From: Lingula anatina
Lineage: Eukaryota > Animalia > Brachiopoda
Assembly: GCA_051362555.1 (NCBI GenBank)
Contig: CM120641.1
Span: 42,848,401-42,912,400 of the forward strand
Reading direction: 5' to 3'
Length of the DNA stretch: 64,000 nucleotides
The position numbers were made by a program, and so were the translations under genes. Positions 12,841-25,899 of the stretch are shown piece after piece; positions within the stretch are counted from its first letter, which is position 1; the number at the start of each line of letters is the position of its first letter. The notes beneath the pieces are model-generated. The model was given only the letters and a program-made list of their open reading frames with translations. It made no database searches and was not told the origin of the DNA.

Positions 12841-14991
12841 ATGTCAACGCCATCTAGCAACTCAACAAATGGAGCTACCAACGCGAAAACACCTAATCGC
12901 AGAAGCCATGCAGTCAATGATGACGATGATGATTTTATATTATCAAACAAATCATCGTTTTCACGTCTGAAGGAACAGTTGAAAGAACTGGACAGGAGAT
13001 CATGGCGGCGTTCTTTTGAACCAGGCGATAAAGATTTGGACAGTTCTTCAAGTTATAATAAGAGAGCACAAGGCTCTTATAAACCTTACAAAAATGGCGA
13101 CAATTCTTCCGAAAACGAATCTGGGACTTTTGCATTTGGAAGCGAGGAAAACGACAAGGAATTGGAAGACCTTCATAAGAGGATTGCTGCCGTCAGGGCC
13201 CGTTACCTGGAGCCTAGAGATGAGCCAAAGTCCAGAGTGCATGAAAATAGAGCTGCGTCTAGGATAAGAGTAAGAGAAAGTAATTATCACACACTGCCAA
13301 AAGATGAATCTCCCTCTCCAACCAGAGCTCCAGTTGTAACGATTACTGATCACGACGCTGCAGAGGCCTCTGTCTCTGAAAACCTAAACAGGGGACATGC
13401 AGGAGCTGAACTTAACGTACCAAATGACTTGAATACTTCATCAAGCGAAACTTTTTTGGCATATTTAAAGCCTAGGTCACCTGTCAACTCACAAAAGAGC
13501 GTTGATCACCATTATAAAGCCAAATATTTAACCCCTCTTCTGTACGATTTTCACAACCCACCGCGATCTCTGTCCAACTCGCCTGCTTCGCCACTTTTTT
13601 CTAGGAAATTAGATGATGGTGACGCTGATGACGACTTCCAAGGAAGGAGAGGGTCAATCACCAATGGCCTTCCAAGCAGCGACGGTCACGATGCCGACAG
13701 CTTCTTGTTCCCATCTTCAAGGCGAACGAGCTTCAGTACGACTGACTACAAATATTCCACCCCAGAATATGCATCGAGATATCTACGCAAGGAGGACATA
13801 AAACCGCGTTCCAGTTACACACCCCGTGCTACGTCTTTGAGGAGTAATAACCCTTATATGTCACCGGTTAAGTCGCGTTATTCTTTAGATGGCTACACGA
13901 CTCCGACATCGAGTTTGGTCTCGTCGAGAAAAGTATACTCTTCAGATCCCGACAGTTACACCTACACCCCGGTGCGCAGAGGCAGTTTGGAGAAAAGAAA
14001 TTCGCCTGGTAGTTCTTTCAACAATGACACTACTCATAGCCCTTCCAGTTCTAGAAGCAACAGGAGACGCAGTAGCTTAACATTTGACACAGATACTTCG
14101 TACAATAGAAAATCTGTAGATGAGGCTGTAAGTTCGGAGAAAGAAGGCCGTCTGAAAACACGCCTTCCTTTCACAAGGCAAAAACATAGAAGAAGCAACG
14201 AGTCCGAAGATAATTTATCGACTGGAGAGGAAGATGGAAGTGATCACGAGAACAATATTTCAGTGGAAGAGCCAGGAAGATGGGTTGGAAAGTAAGTTAT
14301 CAATTTTATTTATTCGCCACCGGGGAAAGGCGAAAAAGAGAAAAAGAGGGGAGACGCATCCCATAAAACATTATGATATTCATTAAAACAATGAGTAAAG
14401 ATTGTCAGTATATAAGACATTGATATCATCGTCCATTATCTTAGTTAAAAAGTTATGTTAAGAAGAAATGTGGACTTTATGATAATATGAACATTAAATA
14501 TATTGAACACAGCAGATTTTCTCCACTGGAATTTTCTGAAGTGCATTATTTTCGTGGGGAGAGAAAACGCTATTAGTAAACGGATAAGATGAGTTTCTTT
14601 TTATTTTACTGCAATTAGACTGGTCGCAAGGATATCACCAGTATTGATAAATATCCTCAATGCTTGCGTGAAGCATTGTCATACATCAAAAAGAGCATTA
14701 TTATCAACTGTAATATTAAACGCATATAATTTTACATGTGTATTTAGTGTGAAGATTAGTTTTTTCGAAAGCACTGGGTTCAATAATGAAGGCAATAATG
14801 ATATGATTTACTGTTATATTTCAGCGGATACATAGTTGACACGGCGCTTCTTACTGCAGATCGCGGATATTTACTGTGGACGCATCCGAAGGGAAAAATG
14901 GACGTCGTGATCAGATATGAAGACACGAAGGAAGATTTCAGGTTGTTATTCCCTTTATCCCTCCCCTCATCTACCCTCAGTGCCTCTGCCT

Positions 14992-15031
<40 letters not shown>

Positions 15032-15645
15032 TTCTAGTAATTACTGCAACAGTTAAGGATGTTAAATTATCATAGAATGATGAATATTTTTTATACAATG
15101 ACTGAAAGTCCCTAGACTAGATGCAAAATTATTTCAAATGTAAATTAAGCGATTTTAGATTTTTCAGCAACCCCTGGGCTCTGCACTATCACAATATATT
15201 GTATTAAATTGTGCCCATTCTTTTCTTATTTGACAATATTACGAAAATCGGTTGGTAACAATCGACAGGGTGAATAATTCAGGTTGTGGCTTTAAATTAT
15301 TCGCAACATCATTGAAATCAGACTGAAAACTTTTTTCTTCATAGAAAAAATAACATCCACATCCTCATCCATTCCAGCTGCTTCATAGACCCGCAGTACC
15401 TCGGTGTAGCGGTATATCAGATTAAAAGCAAGACCAACAAACGCCAGATAGTCGATGGTATAGAGAACCCGCTGTACAGTAAAAACCCTTGTCACAAGAC
15501 ATCGCCCTCCAGAACGCGTCCTGAAAATAATTTTGAATTAAAATCCATCGACGGAGAGGTCAAGCTACATTTAGAGGTGTTGAAGGGAAAACATGCTCCT
15601 AAACCACAGTTGCCTTTCAAAATCAACTACACCTTAGCTTTGTGA
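12841..15645 (+). CDS. Uncharacterised 622-aa protein: long Ser/Arg/Asp-rich disordered region plus a ~140-aa C-terminal globular domain. Exons 12841-14291, 14825-14941, 15345-15645
   Basis: Acceptor AG 12838-12839, ATG 12841. Two phase-2 GT-AG introns splice into one frame totalling 1869 nt and ending ...FKINYTLAL-TGA. An upstream exon (donor at 12602) has an in-frame stop, so it is 5' UTR. Confidence 0.8.
14994..15030. repeat. (TA)n microsatellite
   Basis: Directly visible in intron 2 of the 12841 gene. Confidence 0.95.
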
Positions 15646-17376
15646 AGCTGTCAAGGTGAAGAAATATTAATAAAAACATCTTAACCACGCAAAACCGTGC
15701 CATTCACCGCTGTGAATGGAAAAAGAGATCGAGGAATGTATGCCAGCGCAATATTAGAAACTTGAGACCGCACAGGGAGTAATAAACCTGGAAAATCCGT
15801 AATACTTGATCGATTTTTTGAACTATTTTTCTTAAGAATAGTTTGGATTAAGATTAACATTCAGAAGTTGGAAGAATGTCGATTTTCAATTGTGGATGGA
15901 ATCGTTTAAACCTTAATACATTTCAAACACAACTGCCTGTAATACAACCCTGACGTTAGAAACCGGACGCCGCCGTCAACTAGGATAAAGTGTGTTCTTC
16001 TCACCACCCTTTCCCTGCAAAACGAACATAAAACACCCTTTCGGTGGGACAATACTTAGTTTACGTCAGCAGTGGCTCATACTCACAGCTGTTTTTTTTT
16101 TTCAGGTGAAATTTTGTGGCTGTAAGAAGTTATATATATTTTAGTATTGTCATTTGCTACATACGATCACAATTCCTGCAAATAAAGCTGAAGCAATTTC
16201 TATCGTCGTTTTACATTTTAACTTATGTCATGTGTATCAAAACGTGTCACTATCACAGTAATTATCAACCTACTGTACTTTCTTGACCACGAACGTTCCT
16301 CAAAACTATGACCTTCTTGGTTAAAGAAAAATGATCGTTTTAGAACAAAAAATATACTCAGATCATTTAGATTTGAGAACACTTGTTGTCAAGTTGTCAA
16401 ATATTTAATCAAACGGCTTCCATATCCACTTTGAAAAGAGACTAAACATTTCACAATAGTTGATTTCAGTTATTATTTAAGAACCACAGTTGTAACAACT
16501 TTAATACAAAGCCAATTCTAATATGCAGAGTCTTAAATTAAATTAAATTGAAATAAACATTTTAACCATTAAGATGAGGTGCTTAATGAAACTGTACATT
16601 TGTCATGCAGAATTATCTTAACATAAGCTACAATATATATCATACCATAATATATGTTTCATCACAGCATTGACCTTACATGAAAGAATATTAGAGATCG
16701 ACTGCACATTGAATGACATTAGGAAAAGAATGCATTTTCTCACATAAGTATAATTATATACCTTTTGTACTAAAGTTTTTCATCTTTGGACATTCAACCA
16801 ACTGATTATCTGTCATTTTTGCTAGTTAATAAGACAAGTAACTTTTATTATTCTCCAAATTTGCTCTGGAAGCTTTCTTGAAAATGGTTCTAACCCTAAT
16901 TATTAAGATAAATGTGTAACACATATTTGTTAACAAAAGACCAGCACACAACCAAATAATTCATCACAGATTAAATAGGAATACTGTTTTTTGGATACAG
17001 AACTGTAGTTCAATGCTGTTGATAGACATTCAACACTATTTGTGAAAGGAAGACACACATAGCAGATAGGTTTCTGTTCAAAAGAACTTTTGATATTTGT
17101 GCATTAATTAAGTTTTAAGCATAGCACGCATCATATGTAACCACATCCCCATGATAATTGATATATTTATCTTCATGCCCAAGAATTCAAAACCAACTTT
17201 TAATGGTCATGTATTTGTTTCATTACATTAGTCTAATTCTAATCTATCAAGTTATCAAAATATCACATTGATGGCATAGAATTTGATTTACCCTGATAAA
17301 AATGAAGGTCTTATACTTTATTCAAGTCCAATGCTGCCTGTTCATACATTACCCACAGACTTGAATATGGCACAAA

Positions 17377-20300
17377 CTACTGTGATTTCTTTTCACAGTA
17401 CTGAATTACAGCAAATTCTCCAGTAACCATCCACCTGGCAGTGTGCTTGCATGCCACTCTGTCCTGCCCCTCCAAAAGTCCAACAACAACATCTGCTTTA
17501 AGAGTACGAAGAGCACACAAGGCTGATGGTCGGAAACCTCTGAGGGCGACATCAAAAGGGGTAGTGTGCGGCCAGTTCCTGTCTCCAACCAGCTTCCTGT
17601 AGTTCAAATCTCCCTTGAAGAGTATCAAGTCTGATTTGCTGAGGTCGGCATAGAGGTCTGGAGCAATGGTCTCCATGTCATGGTAATCATGGGGCAGGGT
17701 CCAAAAGTCATGCTCCTTGATGATCCATGAGCCGTCAACCAGCCTCTCCTCCCACATTTGACCAAAGTCAGCCATGGCCTTGTTGTCCGATGTCCGACAC
17801 GTCTCCAGAGTCCATATGAAATCCTTTTTAGTGGTGTCAGACACAAACCATGGGAAGCGTTTTGGATGGAAATGCACCTCACTAACCATCTTTGATGTTA
17901 ACAGAAATTCAGCTAGGCACATGTCAGAAATCAATTCAAACCCTGCATTGTCTAGAACTATATCCAGCCTCACTGAGCCATCTTTACGTTTATTTAGCTT
18001 GTGAAGGTCATCCCACATCTGGTTCAAGTTGTCAACAAGTAAAAAAGAACGGAAGACATCCAACATGGCGATAGGGCTTTTAGTCTGGAAATTATCATGG
18101 CCTGCAGAAATGGACAGGTCACATTTGTTGCCCCACAAGTCCAGCTGAAGAAATATCGGAAACAAAATAAGATGTTGTCAAATTAATTAATACACAGACA
18201 CATATATACATATAGAAATTCAGGACACACACACACACAAAAAATCATAAACCTTACCAATGAAATAAAGTACTAAATTGTTCTTTCAAGGAAAGGATAT
18301 ATTTACTTAAAACTTTCCATACATGATCAACAAAGCCTCTGCCAGAAAATATATTGAGAAAAAATCTTTCTTGACAATCTTACCTCAAAAAATTGGTCAA
18401 AGAGTGGTCTAAACTTTGAGTCATCCATGCTTGGCAGATTTCCGAGAATTCCTTCCAAAAATTCCATCAAAATGGACACAGCATCTGCTGATGACAATAA
18501 GGCCTGGTCCTTCTGCCCTTGAAAAGGGTCCAGTGTCTTCAAGACTTTGCTGAAATATAGACTTATAACTTAACATCTTTACATACAATACCAGCTATAA
18601 GAGTGAATATTTTTGTCATCCAGTATAATTAGAATGAGAAATATGTATAAATCAAATTCTGGAGCTTACAATTAGCAACTAACCAACAGGTCTGGTCAAC
18701 TGACATGAAAAGTATTACACTTAGTATTGCTGCACTATTGAAACTTCCTTTATAACCTTATTAAATACACCACTTACATGAACTTAATCTATAGAAGGAC
18801 AACATGCAAAGGAAAATCACACTTTTCCCTGCTTTAATGCTGTTGTCACTGTAAGTATCTGTCCCCATTATATCTAAGTTTGCAATGTGCCTAATACACA
18901 AGAACAGAATTATCAGTATATACCATTCTTCAACTGCTTCCTGAATTCTCCTATACATGTAGCATTCTACATAGAGCCAAGCATCTTGGAACCAACTTGG
19001 TGTACGGCCATCATTATCACGAGTTATTTTCTCCAGATAAGCATTCCAGACCTCAAAGTTAAGCCTGCCATCATGAATTGGGATTATTGCTTTGTCAGTC
19101 TGAACTTCATTTCTTAGTTTAGACAGTTTCCCATTTATAGATTTCAAATCTTCCATTCCAGCCTGAAGCAATAAATTATTGCATATAATTGTGAATTTAA
19201 ACCATATAGAACAGTAGGTGATAATCAACAGCACTGCATCCTTCTCAATGTCAATTAACTTGAAAAAAGTCTGCCAAGAGAAAAAAATATTACAGGATTA
19301 AAAAAATGAAATACAAAAATTTTACTTCCGCAGAAAATGTAAGTGGTTACAGTAATTGTTGCAATGAAAAGTATAATGAACCATTCAACTTGTACAGTTT
19401 TTACTTAGCAAATTAATATCTAATTGTGAAATAAAATGGATATCATTCTCACCTCTCCATGTTGCTCTTTTATATCATTCTTTAGCCTATGAACAGCATC
19501 CACTGTCTTTGCTAATATCACAGGCAGTCTATCCTTGATTGTCTCATATGCAAATGAACTAAAAATTTAACAAATATTGATGTTATTTGATGATGTTGAT
19601 AAAAAATTATGATCAAAAGAAATCATGAAATGTATAAATGAAAAAGCTATGTCAAAAACCAACCCATTTACTTTTGCCTTATCCCCATCATTGCAGCAAT
19701 CCAATAAGATTCCAGCATGTGAAAAGTTTACATGTACTAGTTTCATGCATTAATGCTCCCATTGATGAATACTGTATGTTCTATTTGTGATAAAAAGATT
19801 GTGAAAGATGAGGTGATGAGATCTTTTCCAAGGTCATCTTCTATATACAGTTCGTCTAGTTTTCAGCCTTACATGCTAGATTCTTACTGCACCATTTAAG
19901 GCAAAGACTGAGACAAGTATATAGTCAGATGGAAACTCCAAGGTCAGAGTGTGACATAGATAATTAAGGGGACTTTGCCTTAATGTTCAGACTTAATCTG
20001 CCAGCTGTGCCAAATAGTAGATAACAGCTTGCGCCAGTAACTATGGCCATACAAGGACCGGCCATACAAGGTCATATTAAAATGTACAATACAGTTCAAC
20101 ATAGTGCAAGACACTAGGAAAATGACTACAGATGCGAGTAAACACAGGAACTGTCATTCCCAGGAAATAGGGTGAAATAAATTATAATATATTGCTAGGT
20201 ATAATTACTATTGTTGATCCAACTACACAATTTGTTACGATTTGTTTATGAATTGTTGGGTTGCTCATTATACAGTAACTCAAGAAACACTATACACTAG

Positions 20301-20915
20301 TGGCTCATCTCGAGTTTTGACAGGGTAGAAGACCTGCCAATACAAATTGTGACCATCTGTAAAGTTGGATCTATGATATTATTTACCAGGCAGTATTATG
20401 AATATATTTTGATTTAATATCACTCCATTTTCTTGGAAATGATTGTTTCCTGTTTACTCGCGTCCAGAGTAGTTTCCTGTAGTGTACTGGGGGGCGTCTC
20501 GATAGTCCGAAGGTTCATTGGTCCGAAGGTTCATTGGTCCGAAAAGTGGTTACATTTTCATCGATTTTTTAATCAAGGGTTCATTGGTCCGAAGGTTCTA
20601 TAGTGAACATTCGGACCAATGAACCTTCGGACTATTGAACCTTCGGACTATCGCTACGGCCCCGTGTACTGCCCTGTGTTGGGCTGTTCTGCGCATTTTA
20701 GTATGACTGAGTCCCACTGCTACTGATAATGCCGGTAAAACAGCATGAGTGAGGCCGAGCATGAGATGATCTTGGGAAGTATCGCAACATGCTATAAAAT
20801 GATTAAACAATGCTACAGTATTAAAATAATTTAGCTATATCAACTTCAAGTATCAATTCTATTGCACTTACTCTTTAAATTTTGCAGACAGTGACGGTGG
20901 AAGCTTTTCAGTCAT
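17377..20915 (-). CDS. ARMT1: Damage-control phosphatase ARMT1/DCPH1 (DUF89), 440 aa. Exons 20915-20872, 19558-19453, 19162-18924, 18549-18384, 18144-17377
   Basis: Motifs SFAYETIKDRLPVIL, WLYVECYMYRRI, LWGNKCDLS, DIVLDNAGFEL, PWFVSD, FKGDLNYRKLVGDRNW, LRTLKAD. All introns GT-AG; CDS totals 1323 nt. Confidence 0.95.
20070..20707. mobile_element. Old, diverged foldback/MITE in ARMT1 intron 1, interrupted by a younger MITE
   Basis: 20070-20200 (gtcatattaaaatgtacaatacagttcaacatagtgcaagacact...gcgagtaaacacaggaa) is an imperfect reverse complement of 20400-20489 joined to 20672-20707. Confidence 0.6.
20490..20663. mobile_element. 174-bp MITE with repeat-containing TIRs (tccgaaggttcattgg units) and 8-bp TSD; superfamily uncertain
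   Basis: Ends gggggcgtctcgatagtccgaagg / ccttcggactatcgctacggcccc. GTGTACTG is duplicated at 20482-20489 and 20664-20671. Confidence 0.85.
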
Positions 20916-21345
20916 TTTCCCGTAGGACTTCTCTCACAGTGGAAACCTTCAATAGCTAGAAACGCAATCGTAAAGTCGAGATGTTACGATGAATAGATCT
21001 TGAAAAATAATGTATCATTCCCAAGTAAGTGAGAAATCCAAATGAATATTGTAAATAATGATGATTAATCACATTTTAAAGATAATAAAAGTGAAAACTA
21101 TCTCAAGTTGTATAAAAATTTATTTCTTTATCTTGATAAACGTGCCATCGACTTTATAACGCGCATAACAGGAATTTTAGCCTCCATATATAAAAGAGCA
21201 CTTCGCACCACGCCACAACCAGGGTCAAATAGCGAGCCGTGAAGTGCGGGCTTCTTGGAGCATGTTCTCGTTTCGAGGGCAATCTGTTTAGCCAGCACTG
21301 CTCAATACGCAGCACTCTACATGCCAGGGGCAAAGCTGGGTTGTA
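20916..21345. promoter_or_regulatory. Bidirectional promoter/5' UTR interval shared by ARMT1 and NAA80
   Basis: The start codons are 430 bp apart on opposite strands; the interval is CpG-enriched relative to its flanks. Confidence 0.65.
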
Positions 21346-23992
21346 ATGATGAGCTTGTTTGAAGTTTTACCGCTACATCATAACAGAGAGTACAACGAAG
21401 AATGTGCTAATCTTCTAAACTCAGAATGGGCTCGAAGCATGCAAGCAAGGTGCTTACTTTTAATATTTTTCTTTGCGGTCTAACGAGACACGCGTGTTGG
21501 ATAGATTATACCAGAGCGGATATATGTTTGTGCTAGGTATCGCTAAATAATTTTACGGTGTGTTGGTTAAAGTGATAATAACTCTTCGTTTTGGCCAAAA
21601 AATGAATTTTCCTGGAGTAAACAACAATTTTCCCATACTTACCAATGGTTAATGAATCCATTTTTACATTCAAAGTTAGTCCCTGGTTTTTTTCTAAAAA
21701 GTTTGGTTTTTTGTTAAAATCTCTTAAGAGATTTTAACAGAGCATAGCCATCAATGGAGGTCACGTGGTCTAAAGACGAGCTCAGATATCAGAATAATAG
21801 CTATAACTGCCGTTTTTGTGGTAAAACAGAATATATATATATTTCTATAAGTTATTCACAATGTTTTTATTGTGAATTATAGATGCCATACGAAGAGTTA
21901 TTATCCCTTTAATTTGTGGGTTTTGTGGTTAATTTGGGCGTTAGTCACTTCGTGCTAAAATATCTGCCGGTAGTGTTAGTAAACGCCTTTAGAATCTGTT
22001 TATTAGGCCTTATGCCTGTTTATTATAAATTAAACGTTCAGTTATAGGTCAAGTGATTGTTGATCTTTTTTGTCTGTAAACTCATTACAGTTTATATTCT
22101 CTTTGTTTCTAAAGCTGAAAACATTTCCCTATTTTACTGGTAGATTAGATAAAGCATTTGTCATGCTGTATCTTAGGTTGCACAGTTTAGAAAAATCTTG
22201 TGATGAACTGCCTTTGTCCCTGGTGCTCATTGCCAAAGACTCAACAGGAAAGACAGAAGTTTTAGGCCACAGCAAAATATCTCCAGTTGTAGGGAGAAAA
22301 GATGCTTGTTTCATTGAATCAGGTGATATATTATAACATAAATAACATGTGTCATAAGGGCCTAGATTGCAACTGAAAGCATTCCCAGACTCCAGGGCCC
22401 TGTAACTCAAGAGCATTGTGCATTGCGACCGAGCACAACCGTCTCAATTCCATAACTACACCATACTCGCCCGATAAAATAGCCTCGAAATAAAAGGTGA
22501 TATCACGATTTGCAGTTTGCGATGTTTTCAAGTTACAGAGTCCAGGGTTATCTAAGCACTGCAATAAGTTGCACTACAGATAAGTTAAGAAGCAGCTTAA
22601 TGCATGCTTTCTCTGGGAATCTATTGTATGTTATAGTATCTTTTTCTAAATATTGTTTTTTTTTCATACATGTAAGTATACCCACATATATTCATTCACA
22701 TTTATAGTATAATATAAACAGAAAATTTTATAACATAAAAAACTAAATTTATTTGTGTGATGATTGATTTTTGCACATATGCTACCACTTGTAAATGGGT
22801 GGGTGAAAGGGCTCTAATCTTTTTTTTACACTGACAAACCTATCATCTCCAACCTAACCTTTTAAAATATCAACCATCACCACCCTTTATTTGATATTTC
22901 TTGCAAAAGCATAGATGACATTTGCCACGAACACTGTATTTTGTCCTGAAATAATGTAATGTTTACAATTTTTAGTTGTTGTTGCAAAAGCCAGAAGAGG
23001 GCAAGGACTTGGAAGAAAAATAATGGAAGGTACAGAGGAATATGCAAAAAAGTAAGTTGGGTGACATCCAAAACAGTGTATTAAAAATCTTAAGAAACAT
23101 AAGAGTTGACCTCAGAGAATTTTCACCTAAAATAGAGAAAAAATGTGAACTTTTGGTAACATCAAAACCACAAGAAATTATCTTAAAGACATAAAAGTTG
23201 CTGAATTTTAACCTCTAAACACAATCCCTTTCAGTCATGGCATCAAAACTACTTACCTAACTACTCATGATAAACAAGATTTCTATGAGCATCTTGGCTA
23301 TGAATTTTGTGAGCCCATTTGTGCATTTACAGGAGGATCAGGGCTTCTCAGTGAGGACTCCCCACTGGTAATAGTTTAAGCTTATTTCTAGAACTGTCAC
23401 ATTCAATTTTGGACTAATGCTTAACATATTTTTTAATTTGGCCACAAAAAATTAATTTTGTGATAGTTATGATTAATGTGATTGATAATTGTCTTTGGTT
23501 TAAACCTATGGGAATCCATCTACTAGTATTTTATTGAAAGAATTGAATTCAGAAAAAAAAACAACCCTAACATACAAAATCTATTAAAAATTTATACACA
23601 GATTTATTATATCAGTGTATATACTAACAAGTTTTGCATATAGTGATTTAAGAAATTAAAAGGTTTTAATTTGTGAATATGTTTTGTTAAAATTTTTATT
23701 ATTTATATCTTAATTCCAGTTTCAAGCTTTACAAAAGAATATAAAAGACATGTCAATAAAAGAACAAGTTAAACCCAATTCAAAAAACTGTGTAGAAGAC
23801 AGAAGTCACAAGGAAGGGAAGGTTCAGAATACTCCACAGACATTGTCTACAGTCTCTCCAGCTCCCCCTCCCCCTCCGCCTCCACCACTGCCTCCGCCCC
23901 CTCCTCCACGGACATCTTCCAGTCCTTCAGGTCAACAGAAATTGGATGACTCAAACATGTCCTGGATGTGTAAACAGCTGACTAGTATGTAA
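21346..23992 (+). CDS. NAA80: N-alpha-acetyltransferase 80 (actin N-terminal acetyltransferase, GNAT), 243 aa. Exons 21346-21449, 22177-22322, 22976-23051, 23235-23367, 23720-23992
   Basis: CANLLNSEWARSMQARLHSLEKSCDELP, acetyl-CoA motif VVVAKARRGQGLGR, YLTTHDKQDFYEHLGY, polyproline insertion and C-terminal WMCKQL. Splice phases are consistent; CDS totals 732 nt. Confidence 0.92.
22396..22542. mobile_element. Short Harbinger-like MITE in NAA80 intron 2
   Basis: Imperfect TIRs ggccctgtaactcaagagcattg / cgatgttttcaagttacagagtc, flanked by CAG at 22393-22395 and 22543-22545. Confidence 0.55.
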
Positions 23993-24549
23993 TATTTATA
24001 AGAAATATATGTGAGATAAGCCGTCCATTTTATGCCAGTTATTTTTATACAACATATGCATGTGTATGTACCCGTATCATCACTATGTTTCAGATTGCAT
24101 GAGAATTTCTGCAAATATGTGAAGGGATAGTAACTGCAGTGTTTATTATTGAACAGTGGCAGTTTTGATACTGATTACTAGTTTTATCATACATTTGAAA
24201 AAAAATATTATTGTTTAAGTTCTCATGAAAAATATGGTTAGTTCAGTGGTTGTGAAAAATCTTTGTGTAATAGTTTTGAATAGAGCTTTCTCCAAACAAA
24301 ATGAATAGAATTAATATATGAATTAAGATTAGGTCATCTGTAGACACTGATGCTTTTTGATGCATGTACTGCTTATACAAGGTTTATAGATGTGTGGTTA
24401 AGGTAAGGGCAATGGAAAATAGTCCATTTATTTTTCCTTTCCCAATATGTGCTCCTCAGAGCCCAATCACCATGTTTGTTGGTAGAAAGGTAAAATTATT
24501 TCATTTTTAGAAACAATTTATTTCAAATTTAAAGTTAAGAATTGGTGTG

Positions 24550-25020
24550 AAAACAGTATTTGGCTTCTTAAGGGGACAATTTCCTGAAGTGTGTTTTAAC
24601 ATTAAAATTTAAAGGTTTTGAGCCATCTGGTGATTGCCCACCCAGGCCTTGTGAACAAAGTAGCTGTTTGCAAACTTAAACTTTCAATTTGTGAGCATTC
24701 TGGGTTGAGAAAAAGCACCCATATTTATACAGCTAGCAACCTGGAAGTAAGCTGGCCAAATTGCTCTTTGTTGTGTTACTGGAGACTACTAATTTTAATT
24801 GAGGAAAAAATGCCATGAAAACTGGGTTTGAATCATAAATTTGGCACACATGCTTACAAATCCGAGGCTGGTGAACAAACTGCAATTATCTTCTATGAAG
24901 CCTGCCACAGGATGTTGGATGTCAGTTACATGCCTGAATCATGATGGATTTGTTGGAATTAAGCTTAGGTATAATCAAACCAACTGCATATTCTGGAGCT
25001 AATTCCCAACAGATTTCACT
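24550..25020 (-). pseudogene. Possible highly decayed ISL2EU/Harbinger-type (DDE_Tnp_4) transposase C-terminus
   Basis: Broken minus-strand fragments RHVTDIQ..VAGFI and WAITRWLKTFKF..NTLQEIVPL loosely resemble G..SD..I...SGF and ERAI.RLK.FKIL. Weak similarity. Confidence 0.3.
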
Positions 25021-25899
25021 TAAAATAGCAGTCTCCCCAACATACATTCTGCTCAGGTTATCTCTACATACTCACATGTTAATGCTCTAAGAGTCACTAG
25101 AATGAATGAGAGATCCAATGAACTCAGAATACACCTTGGTATAATCAGTTTCCATTTTCAGTTGTGAAGCTATTTCAACCAACACGAAACATAATGGGTA
25201 CTCTTTTCTGAATGGTAAAAGCATTTCTTAGTAGCTGTCATCTGTTTCACGAATCCCCCCCCCCCTCTCAAGTTGATAAATAAAGTGACAATCTTCTTGT
25301 GATGGTCAAATGAATTTAGCCTCTGGTCATTAAGTTCAAACATTTGTAACACACGATTTGGAATGAAAATTTCCTTGATATGGTTGAGGTCATTATACAG
25401 TGACTGGCAGCTATGGAATCAACTTCATCAGATTAGATTGTTCCCTTTCCCACTATGCATATTCTGGCCCAAAATCATTGCAATTAGAGAAGTTTCTGCT
25501 GACAATACCAGTCTCCCCAACATACAATCTACTCAAGTTGACTGTATATACGTACTCATATGTTAATGTGCAAAGATATTGAGTCACTAATAAGATTAAC
25601 TTAAAAGACAAGCATTAGCTTGCAAAAATCCTGAGTATCATTGTTAATATTATCTGTATTCAAATTTAATTTGGATTATTGATGCGATAGTAGAGGAAAG
25701 CAGTGATTTAACTCTGATGTCTGAATTTGTCTCAGACAGTTCGATATCTGCTACAAAGCATATCTCTTTATACTGTGTTTTCTTTGATTGGTGGATTTGT
25801 TTTTCAAACACAAACACACTAATCCTATTTTTTTTCTGCAGTGTTATTTCTATTGACTGGCTTCTTTTGTACGTATCTGTCACACTACATCTTGATATC

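Noticed and set aside
23060-23220. Degenerate ~95-bp duplication in NAA80 intron 3
   Set aside because: Low identity and AT-rich, with no sign of function.
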